Positions 1-13,514 of a stretch of DNA of 64,000 nt are shown one piece after another (positions within the stretch are counted from its first letter, which is position 1; each line of letters starts with the position of its first letter). Location of the stretch: assembly GCF_964204645.1 (NCBI RefSeq), contig NC_134031.1, forward strand, positions 12,340,088 to 12,404,087. The letters run 5' to 3'. A program made the translations under genes and the position numbers. Below the pieces are notes generated by a model. The model made no database searches. It was not told where the DNA came from and was given only the letters and a program-made list of their open reading frames with translations. The stretch is from Tubulanus polymorphus (lineage: Eukaryota; Animalia; Nemertea).

Positions 1-1112
1 GTCCTCAAGTCCTCATCTGTAGCCTGAAAAAACTATATCTGAAATGGAAGATGTCTGCTCAGTCCTGGCGTTTGAAAAACTGGTGATGATCAGGAGGAGA
101 TTGAAGTGGTGAACCTAATCTGTGGCATGAGAGAAACAAAGGCCAATCCACAAATTGTTGCTATATGTAGAAAAGATCCTCTGGTTTGAGATTTTCCTAA
201 AGCTTTACTTGGACGTCTCGGAAATTAAGACGAATAGAGGAGAAAAGAAAGGAGAATATTCGTACTAAACTACCTCATGTGGGACGATTTATGCAGCAAT
301 TTGATTCTCGTAGCAATAAGACACATAATTTGACCACCATATAATCCCCAGGCAACTTTTAGGCGGTAGTTAACCCATAAGACGCTGGGGCTTCATATAT
401 ATGTTCCTAAATAACAAACGCTTAATTAGCCAATTATATTTGAATGCGCATATAATAAAAATTAAGTAGAGATGTAGTGTGAAAACAACTGAAAATGATG
501 CATTTCAACCATTATTTTGGAAATAATTACCCAGGCTTTCTATTGCTGTATAGATTTGGTCAATCAAAAGTTTGACCTTTGACCCCTCAAAGGTCAAGGC
601 ATATAGGTGGCGGTATAGTAATGAAGTCGTGATAATTTTAAGCCGAAAATGATTTCAAAAATCCGCCATGTTTCATTAATACACTTGTTGCGCACTGGCT
701 GTAGTTATTGTTCACAGGAAATAACAGATCCGGACTAGTTGTAAGTCCATATCCGTGACTTACGGTTGAGTTTGAAGCGCAAGGTCGTATGGTAATTTGT
801 AGGCTTTTCAGGATGTAGATTTATCAATGGATGATGATTCTTGCGACATTCTTATTACAAGAGCTAACAATCAGATTGAGCCGACACAACTAAGTGTATA
901 AAATGTCATTTCAAATAAGAACTTAATTAGTAAAAAGAGACTAAAACACTAACCTTATATTAGTGATAACTCTTGATTTCCGTAGAATCCTATATATCTG
1001 GTCTTCAATTTCATGTTGGAGATATTTGAGAGGAATCTGTTTCTGAAATGGGTAATAAAAGTTGAGCACAATACCAACTCAAATCGAAAGATCTTTCTAC
1101 GGAAATACTTAC

Positions 1113-1272
1113 TGTCTGTAGGTGAATATGATCGAGGTCAAATGAGGAACCTAAAGTCACCTTTTCAAAATAGAAAAGCACTCTTGGTGAACAAGGTCTT
1201 GCAGCCAATATCCAATCCTTTGATATGGGAAATCCTTTTAACTCGTCTGTTATGTGTGGCTGTAGTTTTATC
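1113..1272 (-). CDS. SMG8: SMG8 internal exon: (R)IKLQPHITDELKGFPISKDWILAARPCSPRVLFYFEKVTLGSSFDLDHIHLQT
   Basis: ttttttcattatag| ... |gtaagt; 160 nt, phase 2-0, compatible with the previous exon. Matches SMG8 CPVGKDWKLNCRPCPPRLLFLF. Confidence 0.9.
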
Positions 1273-1311
1273 CTATAATGAAAAAAATACAAAGATCAAG
1301 GTCAACATAAG

Positions 1312-4300
1312 TGTGATATGATTGTGTATATATACATCAATAAAAGTAGTTCCAAGTATGGCGGTCGTTCTTGTCATGTGTTGTTGTTATCTGACGCTCT
1401 GACAGTCGAATATATTTCAAGTCCTGATATCGGAGGACATCATAACATGGTGGCAGCGGGAACAATAGACGCAAGAGATCATCCGGAACGCAGTAAGTCA
1501 TCTTGCCGAGGCTTATGTACGCCATAATTGTCATAGATGTAGTTGGTTAAACTGTTAACTTCGAATATCGGTTGTCATCGATTGCTGCTTGCTATTTCGC
1601 AATCGGATGTTTTGCAACCGTGCATTCACGGTGCTTCCCATTGATTGATGGGGCAACGGAGGTTTGCTGCTTCTTCGTAGAAACGACTGTGATCGAAACG
1701 CTGTTCTGGTGAAGAGGGACATGTCTGCAGTGTGGTGATTTCTCGTCAGTGATATATCTTACGGACGTGTAACAGCGATATACGGTACATTCAACGGTGG
1801 ACATAGAGACGCATTTATGCTGATCCTGGTGGACGAACGTTCTTCAGTATTGCTGGTTATCTCTGTTACGGACAACTCGTCGCTGATTAAAAAATTAAGA
1901 TTTTGTTCAGTGTGACTTTCAATCCGGTTCATTCGTTGATCACGTATTTTAAAATAAGAACTGTGCATTATTTCTTATTCTATATTGGCTGCTGTTTAAA
2001 TAACAGACATTAATTCAACTTATATAATTTCTTTTTTTAATGATTAAGTATTTGATATTTAGCAGATAACTTCCATCGTGTATAATTCACCATAGTTTTA
2101 TTAATTTTAAGAGTAGAGGTAATATTAAATTGTTATTGTTGATATTTACATCACATGTTAAACTGTCATAATGTCCAAAATACCAGAAATGAATTGGGAC
2201 TCATCCGACCTGGCTGGGGAGTTTAGAATCTTTAAGCAAAGGGTCCAGTTGTGCGTTACCGACCAGGGTATCACGGATAGCACGAGAGTAGCTGTCAAAA
2301 TTAAAATTGCAGTCGGGGCTGAGGGCCTACGGACGATAAACGCATCCGGACTGAAGGAGGCAGAGCAAAACGACCCAGAGATTTTATGGACATTTTTCGA
2401 AGACAACTGAGAGTCAAGGTCAACTTTAGAATACATAGACTTGAACTGCTGAGATTCCGACAGTATGAGGCGGAGACCTTGGACGATTTTGTGACCAGGT
2501 GTTTGACAAAGGCCAAGGAATGTGATTTCACAGAAGAAGAGAAGGCCCAGCGTATCATAGAACTGGTCACTGCATCGACTCCTTTTGATGAATTCCAGCG
2601 CAAACTCCTGGACACGGCTAAAGGCTTCAAGATTGACGAACTTCTGAAACTCGGAAGGAAATTTGAAGATGTCGCAGAGAGTAGAAAATGTCTGCGAACT
2701 CTTAAAGGCAATAAAAAGGTTGACGCTATACATCAGACTAGTAAATGCAGGAACTGTGGTTTACAGCATCCACTGAGAAAGTGTCCAGCCTTCAAGTCCA
2801 AATGTCATGGTTGTGGTAAAATTGGCCACTGGGCCAGATTCTGCAGAACGTCGAAGATGAGGAAACGATCGTCTTCGAGACCAAAAGATAGCCGTCCAGT
2901 TAACCGCCAACAAAGACCCAACAGGAGCGCAAGTCGCAGAGGTCGACATAGATCACACAGAAACAACATCGAAACCAATGACTCAAATGAAAACACAGCG
3001 GAAAGAAAACCTAAGAGAGTCGGCACAGTGTACCAGAACTGCGATAGAGACGACGATTCAGACGATTTTGATGGTTACGTATTTGAGTCGATACACACGA
3101 GAAATAGAACTCGAGACAAACCATACGCGCTACTCGACATTGACATTAATGGCCACCGGAGGCCTAAGTGCCAACTTCGTGTAAAAATCGATATTGGGGC
3201 CCAAAGAAACACACTGCCGACCAGAATCTTCGGGCAGAGGTGGCCATACAAGGTCTCGTCAGATGGTAGAATACTGGCTAGTGAGAGTGGTGCGAAACTT
3301 TTTGCGTATAATAACACTGAGATACACCACCATGGTGTAATTAAGATACCGTGTAAATACAAAAATAGTCAACTCGTGAGCACAGAGTTTTTCATCGTAG
3401 ACGTTGACGGAACTGCTGTGGCTGGGTTGCCTACCTGTGAGGCACTAAACATCGTGTCAATGAACTGTACCATACATCACAAGAAAATCGACGGCAAACC
3501 AATCACTTCAGCCCAGCAACTCATAGATATGTACCCTGACCAGTTTGATAAAATTGGTTGTTTTCCAGGCGAAGTCAAGCTACATGTCGATCCTGACGCG
3601 ATGCCGCATATTGATGCTCTGAGGAAGACACCAATAGCTTTAAAGGAGAAGATTAAACTAGGGTTAGATAAAATGGAAAACGAAGACAAAGTTATTCGGA
3701 AGGTCTCTATCGAAGAACCAAGCGAGTGGGTCTTAAGTTTAGCTTACTCACTGAAGAAAGATAGTGATCTACGTATCTGCCTGGATCCCAGACACCTAAA
3801 TGCCGCATTGAGGAGACCACACCACAAGATTCCGACGCTTGAAGAACTTAACCATAAGTTTAGCGGAGCAAAGTATTTCAGTAAACTGGATGCCAAAGCC
3901 GGTTACTGGAGTGTCAAATTGCACCCAGATTCTCAACTTCTGACGACGTTCCAGACCGCGTATGGATGGTACTGTTTTACTAGGTTGCCATTTGGGCTCT
4001 CTGTGAGCCAAGACATATTCCAGTCAAAGATGGATACGATCCTAGAGGGGCTGGAAGGTGTTGTTAGCATCGCCGATGATGTATGCGTCGTTGGTAATAC
4101 CAGTGAAGAGCACGACACCAATATAATCAACCTGATGGAACGAGCAGAAGAGAATGGGTTAGTGTTTAATTTCACCAAATGTAATATAAGGTGTCCGGAA
4201 GTCGAGTTCTACGGTTCAGTCTACAGTGAACGTGGTATGAGTCCAGATCCAACGAAAGTGTCCGATCTCAGAAACATGTAAGCTCCGGAAAATAAGCAGG

Positions 4301-4850
4301 AACTTCAGGAATTCCTTGGACTGCTGACATACCTCAGCCCGTTCATTCCAAAACTGTCAAGCAAGGCGTATATCCTGAGAGAACTGCTGAAAAAAGATTC
4401 GGATTTCCAGTGGGAAAAACATGACAGTGATTGCTTTGACAAACTGAAACAAAGCATATCTGAGTACTCAACTCTAGCATATTTTGATACACAAAAGACA
4501 CCTATACTTATGACAGACGCAAGTATGAAGGGACTCGGAGCTAGCCTTTTACAAGAGGAAGACGGATCCAAATTACTTAAACCCGTGGCTTACGGTTTCG
4601 AAGACTTTGTCTCAGTCGGAGAAGAACTACGTGTGTATCGAGCGCGAACTCCTTGCAATTGTCTTCGGAGTGCAGAAGTTTCATACATTCCTGTACGGCA
4701 GACCATTCAGAGTCATAACAGACCATAAGCCCCTAGTAAAGATAACTCAAAAAGTCTAACGAGTGCTCCACCACGATTACAGCGAATGCTCCTCAAGCTG
4801 CAGGGATACAACATGAATTTAGAGTACAGGCCAGAAAAAGAAATGACATT
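1312..4850 (+). mobile_element. 3'-truncated Ty3/Gypsy LTR retrotransposon (putative 5' LTR about 1312-2155; no integrase, no 3' LTR)
   Basis: TGTGAT...ATCACA ends for the LTR candidate, followed by gag-pol remnants. Homology stops abruptly after RNase H. Confidence 0.85.
2171..4850 (+). pseudogene. Gypsy gag-pol pseudogene
   Basis: Gag from 2171 with a frameshift near 2400. Two CCHC knuckles (CRNCGLQH..C, CHGCGKIGHWARFC). Protease site decayed to DIGA. RT motifs LDAKAGYW, RLPFGL, IADD. Stop at 4279-4281, then RNase H TDAS with a frameshift near 4590. Confidence 0.92.
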
Positions 4851-5619
4851 TGAATATTGAAATTATATTTTACACATCTTTATATTGACCGCTTGTCGCT
4901 TGTAGCCGCCGATGAAATTCACGCCTACACAGATCGTAGATAGCTTCGTCATTCCACCAGTATCCCAATGTCAGGTTCTGACTTTTATATCAGACTTCCG
5001 CATCGTGTATACATCCGCCATTTAACCGAATAATCCGATTTACTTATAATTTCTATTTATGCCTGCCTTCGGATATAATCATATATCCTTTTCTATTACA
5101 ATAAGTCTTCTAATGATATTCAATGCAATATAACATTTCGACGTTCAAATATAGGTCATTATATAATCACAGGAAGCCATTCTACATCTTTGTCAATAAT
5201 ATTTTGCCAAATAGCTTGTATGTGTACACATAGACCTGTGACGTTTTGCACATTGATTTACGGTTGTAGTTTGTAAAATGACGCTGAATGGTTAATATTG
5301 TTTAGGTTTCATAATGGTAACAGTTAAAAGGCGTCAAAAAAGTTAGTGATATAAAAGAATTAGAGGATCTAAAGGTATAAAATCTTGACTTAAAAGTATG
5401 AAAAGTTTAAGAAATCATAAATATATTCATGAACTAGATGAATTAATGAAATAAATTAAGAAATATTTATACTTTTATAAAATATACCCCCTGTGTCTTT
5501 ATATTTCTCTCATATATAAAATATACCCCTTATTTCTTTATTTCTCCTGTGTGATTTTAGTTGTTTTAGTAAATAAGGAATATCAAAGTAATTTGAAAAA
5601 TAAAAAAATAAAAAATGAT

Positions 5620-5920
5620 AATTTTATAAATAAATATTATTATTATTGAAATAGTAATACATAGATGAATAAATATATTATATTAATTAAAACAGTAATA
5701 TATAAATAAACATATCATTATTATTGAAACAGTTGCATCAATAAATATATATATTCAGATAAAATAGTAATATATAAATAAATATATTATTATTGAAACA
5801 GTAATATATAAATCTATGAAATAAATATAATTATTATTGAAATAGTAATAAATAGATAAATAAATATATTATTATTATTGAAACAGTAATATATAAATAA
5901 ATAAACAAATTATTATTATT
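5620..5920. repeat. AT-rich degenerate minisatellite (about 35-40 bp unit)
   Basis: Recurrent attattattgaaa(c/t)agtaatatataaataaa units. Confidence 0.8.
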
Positions 5921-5974
5921 AACTGTTAGAATTTTTCAGAATTTTCAAATTATCTCCAGCACTACAGGGTATTA

Positions 5975-5998
5975 ATTAGCCAGCACTGAAAGGGTTAA
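5975..5998. mobile_element. piggyBac-like terminus of a non-autonomous element (other end not found)
   Basis: ...gcactgaaaGGG|TTAA is the classic CCC/GGG end plus a TTAA site. Confidence 0.5.
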
Positions 5999-6063
5999 AA
6001 GGTGGCGAAGAATGTAAAAAGCCCGTTACCGATAAACTCATGTACATGAATACACTTATTTAC

Positions 6064-6131
6064 CTCATAGAATCCATAATGCGGAAAAGTCGAATATATG
6101 AAACATCAAATGATGAACCTGGATGAATAAA
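6064..6131 (-). CDS. SMG8: SMG8 internal exon: FIHPGSSFDVSYIRLFRIMDSM(R)
   Basis: ctttttcag| ... |gtaaat; 68 nt, phase 0-2. Matches SMG8 VHPTCSFDITYDRVFRALDGLR. Confidence 0.88.
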
Positions 6132-6874
6132 CTGAAAAAGAAATATCAAATTATCTCTATTTAATCCATTTTAGTATAGAAGTCGAGTGATTCTAGTTGA
6201 TCAGAGTGTTCAGGGTAATCCATGAAATCATCATTTAATCATTATTAATCTTTGCAACAAAATGTATATAACAAGTTATCCCAAAAAAATTCATGAATGC
6301 AAATACAAATAAATTTGACTTCATCAGGTTGCTAATCAAGTCACATTACAGAACAAGGAGTACCAAAGATGGCATCCAAACTTTGTGAAATGCTTGACAA
6401 TGAATATCAAAACCAAAATTAAACCCCCCTGGAGCAAAAATCAATGACCTTGCAACTCACCAGAACATGTCATATGCAATAAATGTGGTTGGCTATGTCA
6501 TTAATTTAGCTACCAGGATCTCAATGCCCAAATTCAGATAGAGGTAGATTCTTGGTCTATCATAATCCAAAAAGGGATGGTAACACATTTTCTTTCTTCA
6601 ATATGACCTTCAAATGACCTTAAACTTTTTTGACTACGGTTGATATATTTCTGAGCATGTTTCCTTTACATTTTACATACTTTCATTGGTCTACATACCT
6701 GGACCTATAGGTTGGGGATTGGCAATTATTTTCGGATATGCGAGCTATATAAGAGCAGCAAAACAGTCATGCTCCCTGCAGGATATGACTGCCTAGAGTA
6801 TGACCATCAACCTCCGATGATTAATTTCTAGGTCAAAATCAAAGGATGAATGCTTCATAACCACTGGAAAAAAT

Positions 6875-7085
6875 TTGCATTTTTGTACCATGTTCATATG
6901 AAGGTAAGGAAGACCTTCACATGGTTAGGACTGATAAGAGAATTCTAACTCTGCTTAACATAAAACAGAGAACTACTGATGATCGCATCAGGACGTGTTT
7001 CTCCAGTATTCATGAACTTGAGGATGGCCACACTCAGGAAAAATGGTACCACTCAAGTTGTCTTTGAATGGCTGCACAGACAATT
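6875..7085 (+). pseudogene. DNA-transposase N-terminal remnant, probably Academ (AcademX) type
   Basis: Translates CIFVPC...EDLHMVRTD...LLNIK...EDGHTQEKWYHSSCL*, resembling the C..C/LH.V/D..A.E..YH..C N-terminal pattern. Confidence 0.4.
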
Positions 7086-7339
7086 CCAGAAGTAAGTCAA
7101 GTTGAGTCTGAACTAGAAATCAGCGCATATGGGATAAAAATCTTAAAATTCTTAAAATGGGAGCATCAGTATAACTGACGTGAATGATGAGCATGTTGGT
7201 AAACTGCGTGACAACAAAATTGGTTAAGCTGAAAATCAAAGGAAGTATTTAGAGTCTCCGATAATGCAGCATATATCAAATGCTAAGTTTGTTCAACCAC
7301 CGCATCGCAATGCAAGTGAAAATGACGAGTTGAGTGAAT

Positions 7340-8040
7340 TAGTTGGTGCGTTCATACTGTCATAAATCTTTGATTCTGTTGAAATGAAAGACAAAACAAA
7401 TTTGTCGTTGAGGGTTAATTTTTCTCCAAGGATATATGAGAGAGGAATATACAAATAAAATCATATGTTCATAAAATGAATTATGTCTTTACATCTCATT
7501 ACCTGAATGAAAGACTACAAAAAATATTCCCAATAAAATTTATCTAAAATACTTAGAATTAACCTAAAATTATTGTTAATTTCGATACAATCAATTTCTA
7601 ATAATCCATGTGATGTTCACTTTCTCATGCTGTTCTCTGCTTGTTCCTTAATGAATATTGAACCCTTTTATCGTTGTTAGAAGTGATACCTTAACCGAAG
7701 ATCGTAAGAAGCGTATGAAAGTGCATTATTTCATAATCTAAGCCATTACTCATTGAGTGATAGTGAGAGTACGGCTAACAATTATCATTATTGATGATAC
7801 TGAAATAATTGAAGAGATAGTTGTTCACATAATTTTCAATTGAGTCCATTTGATAGAAAAAACTTCTTTCTCTAAGTAAAATAAAAGCAAGGCCATAATT
7901 TTAGTTTCACATGCTTTCCTACTTTGCCGAGTTTTTTATAGGTTATCAAAAGCCCAGCAGCTATCAGTCAACAGGTGAATTACATTGGCTTAACTAGACA
8001 GTGATTGATGAATGAATAAACAAACTGCACTGACCACGAT
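7340..8040. repeat. Dispersed unclassified repeat; inverted diverged copy at about 40480-41120
   Basis: Shared blocks, e.g. cagcagctatc...actagacagtgattga and aatccatgtgatgttcacttt, are reverse complements of sequence at 40480-41120. Confidence 0.75.
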
Positions 8041-9083
8041 AAGAACAAGAACCAAAAGTAATGACCTCTTAAAAGGAAGAAACTTTCTACACTTTCATCC
8101 AATTATCTTCAACTAGACTACAGAAATTAAAAGATATTGCCGAATTGTTGGAGACACATACAATCAAATTCAAAAGGCTCTACCAAATTCGATGGCTGTC
8201 ATTCGGATAGTGTCTATTTGCAACAATCAGAAATTACATGCCTTTACTCATCATGTTGTCACAGGAGGCAGATGAAGGCGACACTGTGGCAGCTGGTTTG
8301 CATGAACAACTCTCATCCTTCAAATTCTGTGTACTATTACATTAAACAACTAACATAATCTTGGCAACGAGCCACCTGTCTAAAGTGTTCCAGTACGGAG
8401 ATGTTTGTTTCAGCGCTGTGAGAGGTGTAATTTGACAACATATTTTCATCATAACACTGCAGCACACATTAGTTTAGTTTGGCCATTACTATTTTCTATT
8501 TAAACTTAATTTTGCATCCTATTTTCCAGTTATTTTATCCAAAAGCCTATCCACATCAAGAAAGAATGTTTGAAATGGGAAATAAACAATAATCCTGCTT
8601 ACACATTTCGATTATTTCAATGCAGAGGTAGTAAAGAAAACCTTATATTTGACAGATTGTTAACTGGATTTATAAAGTCCCTCTAGTCCACACACTTCTA
8701 TTTTACAGATCTGTCACCAGGAATTCCTGCCATTCAAGAGGCTTGTCTCCATTGACAAATGTGGTTCCAGCACCAGATGACCATGAGTGGAAATGCGTAA
8801 GCATTACTTTGCGTAACCATTACGTCCAATTGAATTCTTCAACAAATTGTTTGGAGGACCTAGTGAAGACAACAGGCTTTTGTTTCCAGGTATCTATACC
8901 GTGTTTCTTTATTTGATTGACTTCACTTTAAGTACACATAATTGAAATCAGAATGCCACTCTACATACAACTAATTCTTTATTTGCTGGTAATTTGATTT
9001 CTATTCTTTTTGGAAATGTATGAACTTATGATGGGAAATGCTGAAGCGGAAAGAGCATTATGTGCGCAGAATCGCATAAAAAC

Positions 9084-11003
9084 AACTAGGGGTCCAGGGA
9101 CACCAATCCCACTTGGGAAGTGGTTTCAAATGCTCAACAATAACAACATATAGACAAGAGATCCACGGATCTTAAAATCTCGGTCGCAGAATGTTATCTT
9201 TGTAATGTATAGGCGCCATCTGATTGATGCATCTGTAAGGTTTTCCTTGAACACTTCATGGATGTGTAAAATCTGCTGATTTCGGTGAACAACATCATCG
9301 AAATCTAATCAGCAATCATCGCGGCAATACACGAGGTTTGGGCCTATTCGATTGTGCGCGCATAATCTTCCGTGAAGTAGCGTATTGATTGAATCTTCGG
9401 TTATTTGCATAATGAAATAGATATGGGGAGACGGAATTGATACTAGGGCGATCAAATTAAAAGTAAACATATAAGACTCTCCCATGACTGGGAAATGAGA
9501 AACTAGAACCGAGCAGATTTATAGATGAGAAGATTAAAAGACCGGTTTGTCTGCGTCAATCGAATATGCCCTTGCATTGATTGACAGCGGGAGCTCAGCC
9601 AACCGCAAGGAGCAGTTATTTTACTTCAATGTAACGTTGTACATCGGCCTTCTAGCCGTTTTATGAAACAAAATGCTCCTTGAAATTTCTTTAAAAATCG
9701 CAAAATTCGTCGATTTCTCTTAAATGAATCCGATATTCAAAATTTCATTTCCAACAGATTTTAGCCGCACGATTAAGCTACATCTTGCACATACACATAG
9801 TAGATTGCATGACTTCGTGTCAAAGTTATAACCTCATTTGTTAGCAAAGATTCGATTTTTGGACCCATTACAACATCTCGGGCTTTGCCCGAGATAAAAA
9901 ACCAATGACCTTGAAACTCAACACAATCATAGAACATGTCTGCAGCAACAATTTTGCAATTGATTGTGATAATAATATATGCCTCAGTACCAATATAATA
10001 TGGAAACTCTATTCAGCGCCCCCTGGTGACCATGTGCAAAACCCAATGACCCTGAAAAATTTGCAATTGATTATGGTAACAAAATATGCCTAGGTACCAA
10101 TATAATAAGGAAATACTAAGTTATTCTATTGTTCAAAGCCCCCTGGTGACCATAGAGAATATCTAATGACCTTGAAACTCCCCACAATCATAGAACATGC
10201 CATGAGCTTCAACTTTGCAATTGATTGTGGTAACAAAATATGCATAGGTACGAAAATAATATAGAAATGCTAAGTTATTGTATTATTCAACGCCCCCTGA
10301 TGGCCATATACAAAAAAATGACCTTGAAACTCGTCAAAAATCATAGAACATGCTATGAGCTACAACTTTTCAATTGATTGTGCTAACAAAATATGCTTAG
10401 GTATCAAGATAGTGTGGAAAAACTATTTTCCACCTACGAATGAGTACTGACAACACCAAGATGGCCACCATAATTGGTCAAAAACACCTGTCTAATTATT
10501 AAAGATCCCTTTCCAAAGAATACCCATCACAAATTGAAATAAAAAACTACTAGAAGCTACAGGACTCTGAATTCGGGCTCTAAATTGACATTTTTGACCA
10601 CAAAAAAGGTCGCAGGATGACCATCTTGAGTCCGATCGACCCAATTTTTCTTAGGCTGATAGGCTCTAGGGGGATACAGATACCTATGAAAGATCAAGAT
10701 AATCTAACAAAGCGTTTTCAAAAATTCCCTCGAAAACTTCAAAAATGTATATAAAGTGCTTATTTTAGCGAACAACAATGGCTGCCAGTCGGTCGATCAT
10801 CTTGAATCTGACAGGGCCAGTTTTTGGGCTGAAGATGTGTGTAGGGTAGAAACAAGTATAACCAAAATATAAAGACATTGCATTGAAGCGTCCTTAAGAC
10901 TTCCCCAAATAACTGGATTCCGTCTACGGACGGAGGAATGGATGGAAGACGGACGAAAAGTGAACGCAATAGCCCACTGGGACTAAAAAGTCCCAAGTGG
11001 GCC
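9084..11003. mobile_element. Helitron/Helentron-type non-autonomous element (HINE family A, copy 1)
   Basis: Subterminal cccacttggga is inverted to tcccaagtggg in the terminal hairpin. Internal tandem units of about 150 bp, GACG/GGAT microsatellite near the end, A-rich site, no TSD. Confidence 0.7.
9154..9895. mobile_element. Second HINE-like element (family B) nested in family A copy 1
   Basis: acaagag... start, subterminal atctcgg, terminal hairpin atctcgggc-ttt-gcccgagat. Absent from family A copy 2. Confidence 0.55.
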
Positions 11004-11889
11004 AAAAAGCGGAAACAGATTGAGCATATCGATTTTGGATAAGCTGATTCGTCTGTTGTACGCTAGTATCCCTATAGAGAATTTCGATTTTAATTAGGCT
11101 GCACTACTTTGGCTGCAACAGAGATGGAGAAGAATTTAAATACTAATAAATGACAATCAATCATCATGACAATTTGCAATCAGTTTTCAAAATAATTATT
11201 TTATTTTATTCCGTTTGTTGTAAACATGTTGTTTTCAAATTTTCTGACACAGTCCTTAATATTCTATTCATTTTTTCATCTAGTCTAGTTATGGACTCTC
11301 AGGGCAGCTAAGATGTGGCTGAAAAACCTTCTTTGTCCATTCCCAAGGTTACACCCGACGAATTACTTATGGTGACTCGCTGCAGGGCTGTACTGCAGGA
11401 AATCCTTTACTTGACAGGCATTTTCATTGCATTTATGAATATTGACAGACGTTATCATTCTCTAGCTAAGACCCTGTTTCGGAGTAACTATTTTTAAATT
11501 TATTCTACTAAAGAAGCTGATATCGCTAATTGCTCATTGTTCTCGAGTGGCTACCAAGTAAAAGTAGCACTTGGGCTCTTAAGTGCGATAGACATGCTCT
11601 TGGATTCAGCCTTTCAAATAGAAATAAAAAGGAAAGCTGAACGATATCGGATCTTCTCCAGTTTCTGCTCGAGCAGATTCTCCTTGGCCCTCATTCAAAA
11701 TATGTAGTCAGGTAGACGAAATGTTGACTGCAAGAAAACAGTTGATGTTCTATTGCAGGTCAGACTTCAGAATGTCAAGACAGACCATCAAGTGAGGTAA
11801 AAGCTAAAGGGAGATACTGGTTTATGGCAGAAGTCTGAAAAGCCAATTTCAACAGGCCTCCCGCTATCACTACATAGTACGGTTTACGA

Positions 11890-12310
11890 AGTTTGCAGAT
11901 TTGCTGTTCATATGAGAGCATATTAAATTTGCAGAAGAGAGTTGCATGTGGAGTCATAGAGAGGATGAAGGAGATGGATGGCTATGTTCTTCCAAATTTC
12001 ATGGAGAAGTATAAGTCTATGTACTTTGCTATTGATAACATTGACTTTTTGGAAGACACTGCATATGGTCAAAACACTTTGCACTTCAGTTGTGATTAAC
12101 CAAGAAGATGGTGAGCGGGATCATAACAATAAACCGCTTCCAATTACTGAGAAGCCATGGTCAGCTCAATTGAAGTGGTGTACCAAGATGAGCCAATTAT
12201 TAAAACCAGTCAAATTCGAAGCATATGACAATGAAGCAGGTACTGGTTTAATGTCCGTCTACAAACAAAAGAACTGTGTATGCAGACCTGCCAACATCGT
12301 GTCTGACTAA
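11890..12310 (+). pseudogene. Academ-like transposase fragment
   Basis: CSYESIL...GYVLPNF...YFAIDNIDFLEDTAYGQNTLH followed by a frameshift. Confidence 0.55.
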
Positions 12311-13514
12311 ATCAGAATGATATCATAATTTTTCAGTAACAAGCAAGTAATGTATAATATGACTCTGGATTGAAAAAGGAACAATAAATTTTACTTGAAT
12401 TTACGTTAATCTTGTGATTTTTCATTTCAATTGTCAATATGATATTGTACGTTTGTAATACTGGAATGAGACGTGTAGATTATAATTGTCAACTTCACAC
12501 TCCAGGCCTATACTAAATTGTCACTACTTAGACGGTCTTAGTTCGAACAAAAAAATGTGTGTGAGGCTCTACATACGTCTTAAGAAACATTCATGCAAGG
12601 AAACTTAACCGTGTAACATCTTTGAAATGGTGGGCTCCCTTCTCTTTGTTGTCGGTTTGTTATTGATTAGGTTCATCACTTACATCAGATAAAATGACGT
12701 CTAAATCCATTAAATCATCACGAAACTGGTCGCGGTAGCATTGTTTTACAACACACACACTGATTACAGCAGAGAACCGATGCGACTGGTTGGCAGTAGG
12801 AGGTCGTTGTTAATTTTTTTTTTTCAAATTCATTTTTCATTTTGAACAAATAAATAATGCAGAATTATGGATTGATATACAAATAAATTAAATTAACTGA
12901 GTCAGGTTACTTCCAAAAAATGATTCAATGCCTGCAAGCACCGTTGCTGTTATTCTTACAGCAGTATGTGATGTATCTTTATAAGGCACACGAGAGTGTA
13001 TACAATAGATCAATTGTAGTAGGTTGCCCTGTTGACAGCCAGCTGATCGATGTGCAAGAAGCCACTAAAACATTGACCTCGACTTATACAACGAGCGAAA
13101 CAATAGTTTGCTATTTAACATTTTCAGGCCAAAATGAATTATAATTTATTAAAAATTCTACCATGCTCATCTTCCGCTATAATAGTTCAAATAATTATTC
13201 ATGAGAAATGAGAAATAGTTTATCAAAAATATAACTTTTATTAGAACGACACTTGAAACAATGCACCCGAACTAGCAAGCAGCGTTACGGTATGACTGTA
13301 TAATAGTGTATTATATACTGTGGGATCGTGTGTATGTGTAACGGTCCCTATTGATTATAACTCGTGCGCCCATAGTATAAAGTGAACATTCGCTTACACT
13401 TCTATGGTCAATCAAAACAAACTACAGGTATTAAATGAAACAATAACGACGACAGATGTAAAATATATTCTCACAAGCTGAGCATTTGGAATTTTCACCT
13501 GTATGTTTGTTACC

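Larger units (their letters stand above)
8360..11140 (+). pseudogene. hAT (ZNF862-like) transposase C-terminal remnant split by a HINE insertion
   Basis: NAEAERALCAQNRIKT ends at 9085 and resumes after 11005 as KRNRLSISILDKLIR...ENFDF..AALLW..RWRRI*, the hAT dimerisation-domain pattern. Confidence 0.7.

Noticed and set aside
1-23. Possible next SMG8 exon (ttttttcag|GCT ACA GAT GAG GAC TTG AGG)
   Set aside because: Too short to test, no recognisable SMG8 motif, and several competing AGs nearby.
1528-2008. Possible solo LTR nested in the Gypsy LTR
   Set aside because: TG...CA candidates exist but there is no exact TSD and no second copy.
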